A stretch of 64,000 nt of DNA from Octopus sinensis. Its lineage: Eukaryota. Below the pieces are notes generated by a model. It saw only the letters and a program-made list of their open reading frames with translations, did not search any database and was not told the origin of the DNA. The translations under genes were made by a program, and so were the position numbers. The stretch is from the NCBI RefSeq assembly GCF_006345805.1, contig NC_043010.1:37696001-37760000 (forward strand), given 5' to 3'. Positions 1 through 13,682 of this stretch are shown here, in pieces (the stretch's first letter is position 1; every line of letters starts with the position of its first letter).

Positions 1-76
1 TAGATACACACACACAAACATACACAAACACACACGCACACACACACACACACACGCACACACACACACACACACA

Positions 77-119
<43 letters not shown>

Positions 120-140
120 TACACACACACACACATATGT

Positions 141-400
141 CGGGCCGGTCAAAGCCATGTGAGTGTATTTGGTAGACGGAAACTCAAAGAATCCTGTCGT
201 ATATATATATGTATTTGTGTGTCTATATTTGTGCCCCCACCATCGTCAGGCAACCGATGTTGGTGTCTTTACGTCCCTGTAACTTAGCGGTTCGGCAAGA
301 GACAGAATAAGTCCTGGGGTCGTCTTGTTCGACTAAAAATCCTTCAAGTTGGTGCTCCAGCATGGCCGCAGTCAAATGACTGAAACAAGTAAAAGGATAT
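141..400 (+). mobile_element. SINE family S1 (5'-truncated)
   Basis: Matches the S1 body and tail ...ggtgctccagcatggccgcagtcaaatgactgaaacaagtaaaag. Confidence 0.8.
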
Positions 401-499
401 AAGAATGAGTATAGTCGACTCCGAGTACATTACTGCTATCTGTTTAATAGAAACCCTCGGAACTCAACTCTCTATGACCGATCATGAAAATACAAGACA

Positions 500-1700
500 C
501 TTGCACATATAAAAACCAGGTTTAAAATATTCACCGAAATACGTATTAATAAACACTACAAATTAACGCTTAAAACTAAATTTGAAATTACAAATTACAG
601 ACTCACATTTATGATCACCCTTAAAATACACATTGATAATTTGAATTTCTGACCAATCTTAAAATATTTATTAGAAGTTCACTTTTAAGACGAAACCTTA
701 CATTTTACATTACAGATTCACATTAACAATTAACCAACCTTAACATGCATTTAATCTTAAAATACACGACACATTTAAGTTTAATCTTATAATATACGTT
801 AAGCTTTCACATTTAACCCTTTCACTGCAATATCAAATTTCATGATTATTCCAGTAATAATGTTAAATATTTACCCCCCCCCCAACAAAAAAAAATAGAA
901 TTGATATTTTCTGGGAGTCATGTTGCCTCAATAAACTCGACATATCTCAACAAAAAATAGTTTCCAACCTGAAATTCCCAACAAAAGCTAGATTGGTTTA
1001 TAAAACTGTTTTCTTCAGCTGTTTGTTCCTTCTCGAGTCATGCATGGCTCATAAGGGCCGGTTTCCCAGTTTCCCGGTTTCCATGGCGTATAGGTTCCCC
1101 ATCTGGACGGGACGCCGGTCCGTCGCAGGCGAGCTGTAAGATGCAGGAGGAAAGAGCGAGGGAAAGTTGTGGCGAAAGAGTCAGCAGAAGTTCGCCATTT
1201 CCTTCTGCCGGAGCCGCGTGGAACTTAGGTGTTTCGCTCATTAACACACACATCGCCCGGTCTGAGACTCGAACCCGCGATCCCTTGACCGCGAGTCCGC
1301 TGCTCTAACCACTAGGTCATGTGCCCCCACTTTTGCGGCTGAGGACAATACAATTCTGAGTGGATATATCTGATTTTTGCAGTAAAAGGTTTAAGACTAA
1401 CCTTAAGATCAGTCGTAAAATATACATTTCAAATTTACATTGAAGGCGAATATTAGATCATGCTACAAATTCACATTTAAGTTAAACCTTAAAACTTTCA
1501 AACCAACATATCACGGATTGAGGTTTAAGACGAAACTTAAAATTACACATTGCAAACAAACATTTACGATTTTTAAGTACAAATTACAAATTTCTATTTA
1601 AAGCTATCCACATTACAATACACATTAGAAATTCCCATTTAAGATGAATCTTAAAATAGTCATTACAAACTTTCATTTAAGAATATCAAAATAAAGAATT
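500..1700. repeat. Old degenerate ~35-40-bp AT-rich minisatellite interrupted by the SINE at 1019-1330
   Basis: Recurring ttaagacgaaacttaaaatacacattacaaattcacat-like strings at 540-830 and 1390-1690. Confidence 0.5.
1019..1330 (-). mobile_element. tRNA-derived SINE (core X + tail Q)
   Basis: Head CCTAGTGGTTAGAGCAGCGGACTCGCGG...GGGTTCGAG (A and B boxes). Nearly the same sequence at 46956-47264. Confidence 0.88.
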
Positions 1701-2234
1701 TACATCGAAGAAAAAAAGACCTCATTTATTTCAGTAGATTTATGTTAAAAGTAATTTTATTTTTATTTTATTGAAAATATTAAATTCAGTTCACAGCTGC
1801 ATACACAGTTCTAAAACAAGATTATTAAAAAAATAGAGTTCCTGCGTTTATACTATTCCTGAAATCTTATTTAAAGGAAGGAGCCATTGTATGTTTCTAT
1901 TTGCTAATGAATATTGGTTTCTGGATCAATGTAATAAGTTTTAGGAAGAAGACTACGAAAACTGCACTGTACTCAAATGTTTTCGTTATTAGAAAACAAA
2001 ACAAGACCAAACGAAAACAACAACAACAACAACAACAAAACTCTTCAAAACAAACATGGTTAAGCGTTGTGTATGAAGTGAAATTGATTCAGATAGGAAA
2101 GCAAATTAAATCATTGGTTAGGTTTACCGAAAGAATACCACAAAGTATCCGCATAGCAAAATCATCGATCTCAAAAATGTAACCAATCTCCAGTCAACGC
2201 GCTATTTGTACAAATCCCTATCCACAGTTATCAA

Positions 2235-3716
2235 ATACAACATTATCGAGTGCACATCAACATTACCTGGGCCACTCCAACATTATCTGACACATAGACA
2301 CACTATTTATCGCACACTAACTTTATCTACCATACTCACATACATTGCCTAGGGCATACCGACATTGCTTAGCTCACATCAATATTAAGCAGTACATAGC
2401 AACATTATCTAGCACACATCAACATTATTTACCGCATACCAATATTATCAAGCGCGTACCAATATCATAAAGTACACGCCAACAATATCTAGCACAGGCC
2501 AAGATTATCTACTGAACATTATTATCTAACACACATCAATACTACCTACTGCATATCAGCACTGTCGAGGGCACTCCTAGATTATTTAGGGCGAACCAAT
2601 ATTATCTCGCCAAGACCAACATTATCTAGTACATACCAACATTATTTACCGCACGCCACAATTACCAATGGTACACTTAGCGCACACAAATATTATCCGC
2701 ATATATCAATATTATCTGGCACACATTAACATTGCATAGCGCGTACCAACATTTTCTAATGCAGACCAACAATAACTATCACAGGCAAATATCATCCAGT
2801 GAACACTAACATCATCTAATGCACATCAGTATCATCTAACACACACCAGCATCATCTAGGATACATCAACACTATTTTGCGCAGACCAACAATTATCTTA
2901 CGAACCCCGAAAGTATCTTGCACAGACCAACTTTATCTAGTGCATACCAACATTGTCTTGAGCACATCGACATTATCTAGTGAACACCAAGATCATCTTG
3001 CGTAGAGTAACAGTATCCAGTATACATCACCATTATCTACCGCACACTAGCATTATTAACCGTGCACCAACATTATCTAGCACACATCAACATTATCTAG
3101 TGCACACCAAGATTATCAACCGCACATCAACATTATCATCTGCGCATCAACATTATCTAACGAAACCAACATGATTTAGTGCAAACCAATATTATCTTGC
3201 GTAGCCCAATATTATCTTGCGCAGACCAATATTATCTTGCGCAAACCAACATTATCTTGCGAAGACCAACATTATCTTGGGCAGACCAATAATATCTTGC
3301 TTAGACCAACATTATCTTGCTTAGACCAACATTATCTTGCTTAGACCAACATTATCTTGCGCAGGCCAACATTATCTTGCGCAGACCAATATTATCTTGC
3401 GCAGACCAATATTATCTTGCGTAGACCAACATTATCTTGCGTAGACCAACATTATCTTGTGCAGACCAACATTATCTTGCTCAGGCCAACATTATCTTGC
3501 GCAGACCAATATTATCTTGCGTAGACGAACATTATCTTGCGTAGACCAATATTATCTTGCGCAGACCAACATTATCTTGCGTAGACGAACATTATCTTGT
3601 GCAGACCAACATTATCTTGCTCAGGCCAACATTATCTTGCGCAGACCAATATTATCTTGCGTAGACGAACATTATCTTGCGTAGACCAATATTATCTTGC
3701 GCAGAACAACATTACG
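2235..3716. repeat. 20-bp minisatellite (consensus ATTATCTTGCGCAGACCAAC), about 74 units
   Basis: Near-perfect units at 3180-3710, progressively degenerate toward 2235. Confidence 0.92.
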
Positions 3717-4179
3717 CACATTACATATCAAAGGTACACCAAGAAGGAAATACAATCATTAGTACCACACTTTAATAAAAAAAAACCAAGAAAAACCCAG
3801 ATATTGAGTCAGTTTGTTCGATTTAAATACTTTAAGGCAGTGCCCCAACATGGTCGCATTCCAATGACTGAAATAAGTAAAAGAATAAAAGAATGAAAGA
3901 ATATTTAAATTTTGTTTTTGTTTTTATTGATTCAAGTCTGAATACTTCACATTCTTTTAGTTCACATTCTTTTAGAGTTTTGTTTAAATTTCAGTTTAAG
4001 TCTAAATACTCTGCTTCACTCTTCTTTCTTTATTAGTTGAAACAAAATATATATATTAAAAAAAAAACGAAATTGCGTCTAAATTCAGGTATATTGAAAA
4101 TGTATCAGTTTTAAATAAAAAATGAAAATCATTTTATAGAAATCGAATCGGATTTTGATTTTTTAAAAACTAATATACA

Positions 4180-4566
4180 TAGTGTGTGTGTGTGTGTGTG
4201 TGTGAGTGTGTGTATGTATGTATGTATGTATGTATGTATGTATGTATGTATGTATGTATGTATGTATGTATGTATGTATGTATGTATGTATGTATGTGTT
4301 TGTGTGTGTGAGTGCGTGTAGTTGTGTTTGTATAAGGTATGTAAATGTAAGGTAAACATTACAAGCCTTTGAGTTTAGGAAACGTAAAATTTTTGGTTGC
4401 TGTAAAAAGTAAACAATGTAGTAAAACGTTGATTACTCTCTCTCTCCTCTCTCTCTCTCCTCTGAGTGTCTCTCTATCTCTCTGTATTATGTGTTTACAT
4501 ACATATATATATGTACGTATATATACATATATATGTATGTATTTATATATATATGTATTATATATA

Positions 4567-4649
<83 letters not shown>

Positions 4650-4695
4650 GTATTTATATATATACATATACGTATGCATGCATCTGTATGAATGT

Positions 4696-4738
<43 letters not shown>

Positions 4739-4750
4739 CACGTATATATG

Positions 4751-4802
<52 letters not shown>

Positions 4803-5396
4803 TGTACGTACATCACACATACATGTATACATGCAATATATTATATATATGTATGTATGTATATATATATATATTATATATATTTATACATACATACATA
4901 CATACATACATACATCATACATACATACATACATACATACATACATACAACATACATAAATATAAGCTGCGTGTATGTTTGTGTTGGTATTTATGTTTCA
5001 AATCTTCCAGTATAACGTTTGATGTTCGGAATAAAAAAAAAGATTTTGCTTCGTATTATATACATATACTGGGCATATAATAATAATAACAATAATAATA
5101 ATAATAATAATAAATATATAAACAGTATTATACAGGTGTGTCGTTGAGTGTATGTATAATGCCTATATTGTCCACGCATGTTTCGGTATATGTACATCGA
5201 TATATTTTGTTACTTTATAGGGATAAAAAGTTATAAAGTTATTTCTTGAGTATGTATATATGATTATATGTATGAATGTGTGTATATAAATACAGACATA
5301 CATGTATATATATGTACCTCTCTATATATACACACATATATACATAAATATATATATAAAATATATATACACATATTTACCAAGATACATACAGAC

Positions 5397-5429
<33 letters not shown>

Positions 5430-5464
5430 CATGTATATATATGTATATATATATATATAATCAC

Positions 5465-5507
<43 letters not shown>

Positions 5508-5855
5508 TATATATATACTTATATGTATGTGTGTGCATGACAGTAGATGTACTTCTTGAAAATGTCATTCTTTATTATATAATAAATATGCGTGCAGGAA
5601 TATGGTCTATACATTATATACACACACACATATATCATATACACATATATATTTGTATATATATCTATGTATTTATATATTTATGTGTATATATATATGT
5701 ATATATATATATATATGTATGTATACATATGTATATATATATATATATATGTATATGTATATATAAATGTGTATATATGTATATATATATATGTAGATAT
5801 GTATATATATGTTATATATATATGTATATATATGTGTATATATATATGTATATGT

Positions 5856-5903
<48 letters not shown>

Positions 5904-6430
5904 GTGTATATATATGTACATGTATAGATACATGTATATATATATATTGTGTGTGTGTATGTATATGTATATATGTATATGTATATAAGTATATATATAT
6001 ATATGTGTATATATATATGTATATATATATACATACATACATACATACATACACTCACGTTTATATAATGCATATACGTATACAGACATGTCAGTTTATA
6101 CATCTGTATATGTCTATGCATGCATATATATATATACATACATACATATATATATACATATATATACATACATATATATATACATATATATATACATATA
6201 TGTATGCGCGTGTGTGTGTATATATATTTGCATTATGTATATATGTATAATATATATATGTATGTATACATATATATACACACATCACATATACATAAAC
6301 ATACATACATACACACATCCATATATATATATATATATGTATGCAGACACACACATACACACACGCGTGCACCCAAGTACTCACACCCACCCACAGGCAC
6401 ACATATACACATACACACAACCACAAATAC
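4180..6430. repeat. Large compound microsatellite field (TG)n/(TATG)n/(TA)n/(CA)n
   Basis: Direct inspection. Similar fields at 9700-10850, 13200-13690, 21550-21670, 27640-27790, 33440-34020, 36510-37500, 42420-43330, 43700-44160 and 57260-57780. Confidence 0.97.
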
Positions 6431-6456
6431 AAGTATGTCAAATAACAAATTCTCGA

Positions 6457-6462
6457 TTTATT
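6457..6462 (-). promoter_or_regulatory. Candidate polyadenylation signal (AATAAA) of the GPCR transcript
   Basis: Plus tttatt = minus AATAAA about 710 nt after the stop, followed on the minus strand by a U/GU-rich stretch (ttgtatttgtggttgtgtg). Other AATAAA hexamers exist nearby (about 6873), so uncertain. Confidence 0.3.
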
Positions 6463-7001
6463 AAAATTTTCTCTGCTTCTGGACGATGAGACATAATGAC
6501 CAAATGTTAATTAAGGCCAGCTCCACATATCACTGGCATCTTCGAATTATTTCTCATTATTTCTCTTAGCTCATTTCTGTTTAAATTCTGCAAATTACCT
6601 ACGTCGTAACTGTTTTCTTCTAATTTTTATGTAAATTCCTTGGCTACAGGAGATAAGGTCGGACAGTTGCCAGGCTGATGACGGCGATTGCGCCAGAAAC
6701 ACGTGTCCACAACTGTCCTCATATATTCAGACAATAAGCCTGTCCTTTTTTCTTTTGTGAGAAATTCTTGATTGTCGAGATTATCTCCCCTGAAGTGGAG
6801 CTGAACTTAATAGCCATTTGTTAACTGTTATACATCCTCTAGAGGCAGAGAATATTTTAATTAATTAATTTTTTTATTTTGTTATTTATTTGAGACACTT
6901 GTATTTGTCTATGTTATTCAAATACATGCCACTGGCCTTTTGAGTTATACTTCTCTTAGCTCGTTTTTGTTTAAATCAGTATATATATATATATATATTA
7001 T

Positions 7002-7102
<101 letters not shown>

Positions 7103-7173
7103 ATCTGTACACACACATACACAATATATATATATACATACATGCATACATGTATGCATGTCAGTAAAGTCTT

Positions 7174-7745
7174 TCAAATTCTCTTCTGTACCATTTGGTC
7201 GTTGACATGCATTTTGTCGTAGATCAAAATCCTGCTAGTTGCCGTACGAGTTGAGCCGGAAAATGTCGACACTGAACGGGTCTCTCTTCGTGTTAGACTC
7301 GGGTGTACCGTGTGCAAACAACGGAAAGCGGAGACAAAAGCCTGGCGGAACTTGTTGTTCATGAAACAATATGTGATTGGGTTGCAACACGAAGATACAT
7401 AGGCTAGCAGCTGTATGAATGAATGGCTTGTAGGACTAAGTATATCGTTGGCTCCTTTTTCGTCGAAAACAATCCATGTTTGAACGACGTATAGCGGCGA
7501 CCAACAGACAAAAAATTCAAGCACAATGACGAACAACATTCGAATGACGCGGATTTTGGAAGCTCGGCTTTTCTCACTATTAGACTGTCTCATAGCACGG
7601 TTATAATCAAAGCGTTCTTTACTTTTGGTCGTTTGGCGGACGTTGTTTTTCTTCGTTGATGATGACAGTGACGATGACGAGGCGGCCATCTTGTTCATCA
7701 TTGTTTCGGCTTCTTCCTCGACATTTTCGATACCGTTTCTGGCTT
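7174..7745 (-). CDS. CCKR: Terminal coding exon of a cholecystokinin/gastrin/sulfakinin-type class A GPCR (end of ICL3, TM6, ECL3, TM7, helix 8, C-terminal tail)
   Basis: Reverse strand reads ...SEKSRASKIRVIRMLFVIVLEFFVCWSPLYVVQTW...SFIQLLAYVSSCCNPITYCFMNNKFRQAF...KRI-stop (TGA = plus tca 7174-7176). CWxP in TM6; SSCCNPITYCFMN..FR.AF in TM7 closely matches CCK/sulfakinin receptors as I recall them. Acceptor on minus strand: ttttttcattaattgtatttttcAG|AAGCC, exon starts at 7745 in phase 1. The ORF track strand label (+) is wrong; the ORF-track start MYFS is intronic. Confidence 0.92.
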
Positions 7746-8026
7746 CTGAAAAATACAATTAATGAAAAAAAGTTATGAAAGAATGTGAATGAATATACGG
7801 TGTAGTAATTAGTGTTTTCATTGAACAAAACAATAGATGACCGAAACCATAAAATAACTATCGGAACGCTGACGGTTGGTTATCCAAAATACAGAAAAAT
7901 TCGAAATGTGCATGGTCGATCTCATCTGATGACCCCTGCCCACCAAGGCATATAAAGAAAAATGGCATGAGGCACCGATTGATACGATCTGAGGTACTCA
8001 TACATATATCCGTGATAATAATAATA

Positions 8027-8077
<51 letters not shown>

Positions 8078-8084
8078 ATCAACC

Positions 8085-8498
8085 CCAGTATTCAACCGGT
8101 ACTTATTTTATCGACCCCGAAATGATGAAAGGCAAAGTTGACCCCCGCGGCATTTGAACTCAGCATAAATACCTATTTCTTTACTACACACAAGGGGCTA
8201 AGCACAGAGAGGACAAACAAGAACATATAAACGGATTAAGTCGATTATACCGACACCAGTGCGTAACTGGTACTTATTTAATCGATTCCGAAAGGTTGAA
8301 AGGCTAAGTCGACCTCGGCGGAATTTGAACTCAGAACCTAGCGGCAGACGAAATACCTGTTTCTTTACTACCCACAAGGGGCTAAACAGAGGGAACAAAC
8401 AAGGACAGATAAACGGATGAAATCGATTATATCGACACCAGTGCGTAACTGGTACTTAATTTATCGACCCCAAAAGGATGAAAGGCAAAGTCGACCTC
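8085..8498 (-). mobile_element. SINE family S2, three tandem core units, with (ATT)n tail at 8015-8075
   Basis: Repeated plus-strand ggtacttaatttatcgaccccgaaaggatgaaaggcaaagtcgacctcggcggaatttgaactcag (core plus B box). Confidence 0.85.
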
Positions 8499-8501
8499 TA
8501 T

Positions 8502-8569
8502 CGGACGTAAGCACACCAGCATCGGTTGTCAAGCGATGTTGGGGAGGGGGGAGGAACACAGACACACAA

Positions 8570-8605
<36 letters not shown>

Positions 8606-8770
8606 GACGGGCTTCTTTTAGTTTCCGTCTACCAAATCCACTTACAAGGCTTTGGTCGGCCCGAGGCTACAGTAGAAGACACTTGCCCAAGGTGCCACGC
8701 AGTGGGACTGAACCCGGAACCATGTGGTTTGTAAGCAAGCTACTTACCACACAGCCACTCCTACGCCTAT
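8502..8770 (-). mobile_element. SINE family S1, head and body
   Basis: Reverse complement of taggcgtaggagtggctgtgtggtaagtagcttgc...ggttccgggttcagtcccactgcgtggcaccttgggcaagtgtc, with an internal (TG)n. Confidence 0.88.
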
Positions 8771-10290
8771 AAAATATAAAATGCGAAAAAATATAAAATA
8801 CGAAAAATAAAATGAAGAAAGGAAGGCAGAATGAAGGAAAAACAATAATTAAAAAAAATGAAGAAAGTAAAAATAAAAAAAAGAAAAGATGAATGAAGTC
8901 CATACATAAGTTTATGAACCATTGAGTAAATAAGAAACGGTTGAGTAGGAAAGACAAAATGGCGACCGTTTGTTGGTTCAGTTACGTATTTGATAGAATT
9001 TGAGGTAAAAATTAATAAAGTCAAGGTGGAACAGAAACGGTAGCGGTTGTCGTGGTTGAAATGTTGTTGCTGTTGGTGGAGATGGTGGTGATGATGGTGT
9101 GTGTGTATGTGACTCAGTATGAGTGTGTGTGTGTTTGTGAATGTGCGTGTTTGTGAGTGCCTATACGTATGTGTTTGTGAGTGTGTGCGTATGCCGTTGC
9201 TGTAGTGGTGTTGTTACTGATGATGGTGATGGTGATTTTGTGATACGAATGGTGGTTGGTAACGGCGTACAAGTGAGTGTTTTTGAGTGTGTGTAAGCCA
9301 ATGTACGTGTGTGTGTGTGTGTGTGTGTGATGTTATCGTTGACTACAGCTATGGTTGTAGTATAATTTTATTGATGGTTGCGTGAGTGGTGTTATTGGTG
9401 GAGGTTGTGTCGCTGCTAGTATTGGTAGACGCAATGTTAGCGGTGATAGTACCTTTGTTTAGTTGTTGATAGTGGAGGTAGAGGGGATGGCGGTTGTGAT
9501 GGAGTCGGTGGTGGATAAAATGAAAAAAAAAAGACAAAAAAACAAAAAAAAAACGAAGACAAAAAGCGGTTTCTATCGAGCAATCAGAGATCGAATTAAG
9601 CAGCCGCCTACATGTCATAAATATTATGTCGGCTATAAAGACGGTATTTACTTTGGGATAACTGTCACTGTGGTTTTTATACAGTTCTGAATAGATGCGT
9701 GTGTCTGTGTATATGTATGTGTGTGTATGTGTGTGTATGTGTGTATGTGTGTGTGCGTGAGCACATAAGTATTTATGTATGTTTGTACGTATGTATGTAT
9801 ATGTTTGTAAGTATGTTTCCTTATGGGTATGTATATATGTATGTATGTCAGTGTTCCATTTGAAGATTTTCGTATAGTGATTGTACTCCACATTATGTGC
9901 TAGCACGCATATTTATGTACGTACGTAGGTACGTAGTATGTATGTATGTGTATGTATGCACATATAGCTGTAGGTTTGTGTGTATATATATATATATATA
10001 TGTACACATGAATACGCATGCACACATCTATTTATAATTACATATACACGCACATTTATATACGAAACTATATATATATATATATGTACATATATCTATA
10101 TCTATATATATGCAGTTAAAGGAAAAAATACTGCATACATATATGTATATATGTATGTATATACATATATGTAGATAAATGTGTGTGTGTGCGTGTGCAT
10201 ATTTGATCTTATGTATATACACTCACACACACACACATATCTAATATGCATACATATATATATATACACATATATACGTACAAAACATGC

Positions 10291-10321
<31 letters not shown>

Positions 10322-10788
10322 ATATATACTCACACACACGCATATATGTATCTAAAGACAAACTATATGTATATACCTATACATACAAACACACACACAC
10401 ACATATATATGTGTGTATAGATATGTGCATACTTACATATACACACACATGTATACATATATCAATGAAAGGAATAGAAAAAGGAAATGAATAGTCATAA
10501 GGGCGGACAAGACAGGCAATCGATAGATCGATAGATTGAAAAGTTGATAGATATAGGATTGCATTGAAAAAGAGATTGATATTTATTTAGGCAGACAGAA
10601 CAAAGATTGGTGTGTGTGTGTGTGTATACGTACGAGTGGATGTTGTGTGTGAGTGTGAACGAGTATGCATGTGTATGCGTGTTTATATGTATATATATAT
10701 AGAACCACATAGATACCTATATACATATGCACACACATGTACGCATATGGACACGCAAAAGTATGTATGTATGTGTGCGCGAGTGTGC

Positions 10789-10827
<39 letters not shown>

Positions 10828-11449
10828 TATCTATCTATCTATCTATCTATCTAGACAACCACATGCACAGTTTAAAAATTTTTTTACTGCTTTCTCTCAT
10901 TGATCTGCGACCATACTGGAGCACCACATTTAATTACTTTAGGAGATCAACAATGTTGAATCTATACCGGCGAGAGCTGATATTAAGGGAGTTTTCCACA
11001 AACCAAAAAATTAAGGCTAAGATACTGAGCATGAGCCAATGAGATGTCAGCACTAAAATAGTATATTCTCTGCTTGATGAGCTCGGATCCTGATTCCATG
11101 GAGACCATTTCGAAGAGACTGTTCAACGAAAAGATATTTCATGTAAATTCACCGAAAAGACAATTCATCGAAATTCCTCTTAAGCGTTTTACATTTAAAC
11201 TGGCATTTAAACCTTCGGCTAGTCAACATATTCTACATGTTTTATGTTCAAGCCAGCCAGATATGATTTATCACTCCTAATCTGCAATAACTAACCACAT
11301 CACCAAAAAGATCAAATATAAGATAATGCAGATTAACTCAAAGAAAGGAAAGGACATTTCATTAAAATTCAATAAAAAGATAGTTTATCGAAAGAACTGG
11401 TAATTGAATGGTTAGTCACTGAAGATCATCATCGAAGATTAAAAGTCGA

Positions 11450-12800
11450 AGTTAACCTCATCGAGATTTGAACTCGGAATGTAAAGAACCGAAACGAAAA
11501 GCTGCAAAACACCTCGTTCAACGCTCTACCGATTCTCACAATGTATTAGTTTACTACTTAATTTATTTAATAATTTACTTTTGTTAATTTTCTTAATAAA
11601 GATACTGCGGCAAATTAGTAGAATCGTTTGAATGCTGGGCAACATGCTTAGCAGTATTTCTTTCGGTTTTACGTTTAGGGTTCGAATTCCAAAGAGGTCG
11701 AGTTCAACTTTCATGCCTCTCAGGGTCGATGAAACGAGTACCTATTTCTTTACTACCCACAAGGGGCTAAACACAGAGGGGACAAACAAGGACAGACAAA
11801 CGGATTAAGTCGATTACATCGACCCCAGTGTGTAACTGGTACTTTATTTATCGACCCCGAAAGGATGAAAGGCAAAGTCGACCTCGGCGGAATTTGAACT
11901 CAGAACGTAAACGGCAGACGAAATACCGCTAATCATTTCACCCGGCGTGCTAACGTTTCTGCCAACTCGCCGTGTACCACTTCCCCACTGGGGCCATTGT
12001 AATTGACTCGCCCTTCCCACAAAGTTTCAGGCATTACGTCTATAGTAGAAGGAAGCTTTCTTCATATAAATTTGATTATTTCTAACATAGGTTGAAGGTC
12101 GCGATTTTATGAAAAATAAATAAGAAGCGGGCAAGGTTTAGTCGGTTAAATCGATCCAGTTCTTGGTTGTTACTTTGGAAAACAATGGCTGACAACGTCG
12201 GGCTCTCGCACTTTTTGAACAAAGAATCTTAAAAGAGGATGTTAGCTAGGGACTGTCAAAAAGAATTATTTGTCCTTGAAAGGGAAATATTGAGGGCAAG
12301 AATTTTTTTCTTTAAATGGAATTAAATTCTTTTTTTTTCTCAGAATCATAAAGGAGTTTTTCCAAAGCCAGCAAGTTCAGTGGAGGTGTGTGTCGGTCGA
12401 TTACACCAACCGTCGTTCACAGCTGGTACTTATTTTATCGATTCCGAAAAGATGAAAAGCATAGTTAACCTCGACGGAATTGAACTCAGAACGTTAAAGA
12501 CGGACGAAATGCCGCCTAGCGTTTTATCCGGCGTGCTAATGATTCTGTCAGCTCGTCACCTTCACGAACATTTTTATATTGGTTGCAAATTTTAGCACAA
12601 GGCCAGCAAGTTCAGAGAAGGGGGACAGTCGATTACATGCCCCACCTCCGTACTCAACTGGTACTTATTTCATCGACTCCGAAAGGATGAAAAGCAAAGT
12701 CGACCCCACTGAAATTTGAACTTAGAACGTTACAGACAGACGAGATGTCGCCAAGAATTTTGCCCGGCGAGCTAACGATTGTACCAGTTCGCCGCTTTGC
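11450..12800. mobile_element. Cluster of S2 SINE copies (one plus, four minus)
   Basis: Core motif recurs near 11450, 11700 (+), 11840, 12420 and 12660; tRNA-like heads ggcgagctgacagaatcattagcacgccg. Confidence 0.8.
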
Positions 12801-13593
12801 TCTCCCAGCGATAATTAAATACTTCATATATTACTTATTTGAAACATATGTTGTTTAGTATTAGCCTCTTCGTTGTTGCGTGGTTAAGAATACCACTACG
12901 TGCTAGCGAGTCCATTCTGCTCAACACAATCGTTAAACTACACTCAACATATGAAGCTAGAATTCTTGAAATTAAGACTTTTACACTTCTTCCATTCTTA
13001 TTTCCTGGATAAACATGATCTTAATTCTTTCAAATCGTACGTTCATCGATTTATGATTCTTAGGGCAGCTATTCATTAGATTTTCTGACTTTTCTATTGT
13101 ATGTTTCAACGTAATAAATGTTTTTTTTCGCAGGTCTGTTCTGCTTCCTTAATGGGAAACACTTTAAATAAGAGACCAAAAAACAGAAAAAGGACATATA
13201 TATGTGCGTGCGCGTGTGTAAGTAAACCAAACATACAAACATACATACACACATACTTACATAATACATACATACATGCTCACATACATACATACATACA
13301 TACACACATACAAACATACATGGTACATACATACATACATACACACATACAAACATACATACACACTTACAAACATACACACATACAAACATACATACAC
13401 ACATACAAACATACAACATACATACATACATACATACATACATACATACATACATACATACATACGCACATACATATAACAAATAACAGAGGCGGAAAAT
13501 GGAATATACGAGAAACTTTATTGCTCACGACAATCGTTTCGATCCCTCGAACGTAGTTCAGCGGCTTACTATACTAGGTACATACCCAACACT

Positions 13594-13682
<89 letters not shown>

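Noticed and set aside
1240-1330. tRNA-like sequences (also 24771, 31702, 47200, 54096, 60640)
   Set aside because: They are SINE heads continuing into core and tail modules, not tRNA genes.
2235-3716. Regularly spaced repeat that could be taken for a CRISPR array
   Set aside because: Head-to-tail units with no unique spacers, no cas genes, and a eukaryotic context.
4129-6489. Many overlapping ORFs rich in YI/HT/CV (also at 9.3-10.9, 13, 33-34, 36.4-37.6, 42-45, 54 and 57-58 kb)
   Set aside because: Translations of (TA)n, (CA)n, (TATG)n and (TCTA)n microsatellites, which lack stops in some frames.
6630-6800. Possible alternative last exon of the GPCR (minus strand cag|gggagat..., about 55 open codons)
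   Set aside because: The only nearby donor (ATG|GTACAG) is weak and would give an immediate stop in that phase; more likely 3' UTR.
6561-6978. 26-bp near-duplicate ttctcttagctc(a/g)ttt(c/t)tgtttaaat at 6561 and 6951
   Set aside because: Real similarity, but short and AT-rich with no further structure; no function can be supported.
7174-7758. ORF-track entry labelled + strand starting MYFSEA
   Set aside because: The peptide is encoded on the minus strand, and the TTG start lies upstream of the splice acceptor, so it is an exon rather than a standalone ORF.
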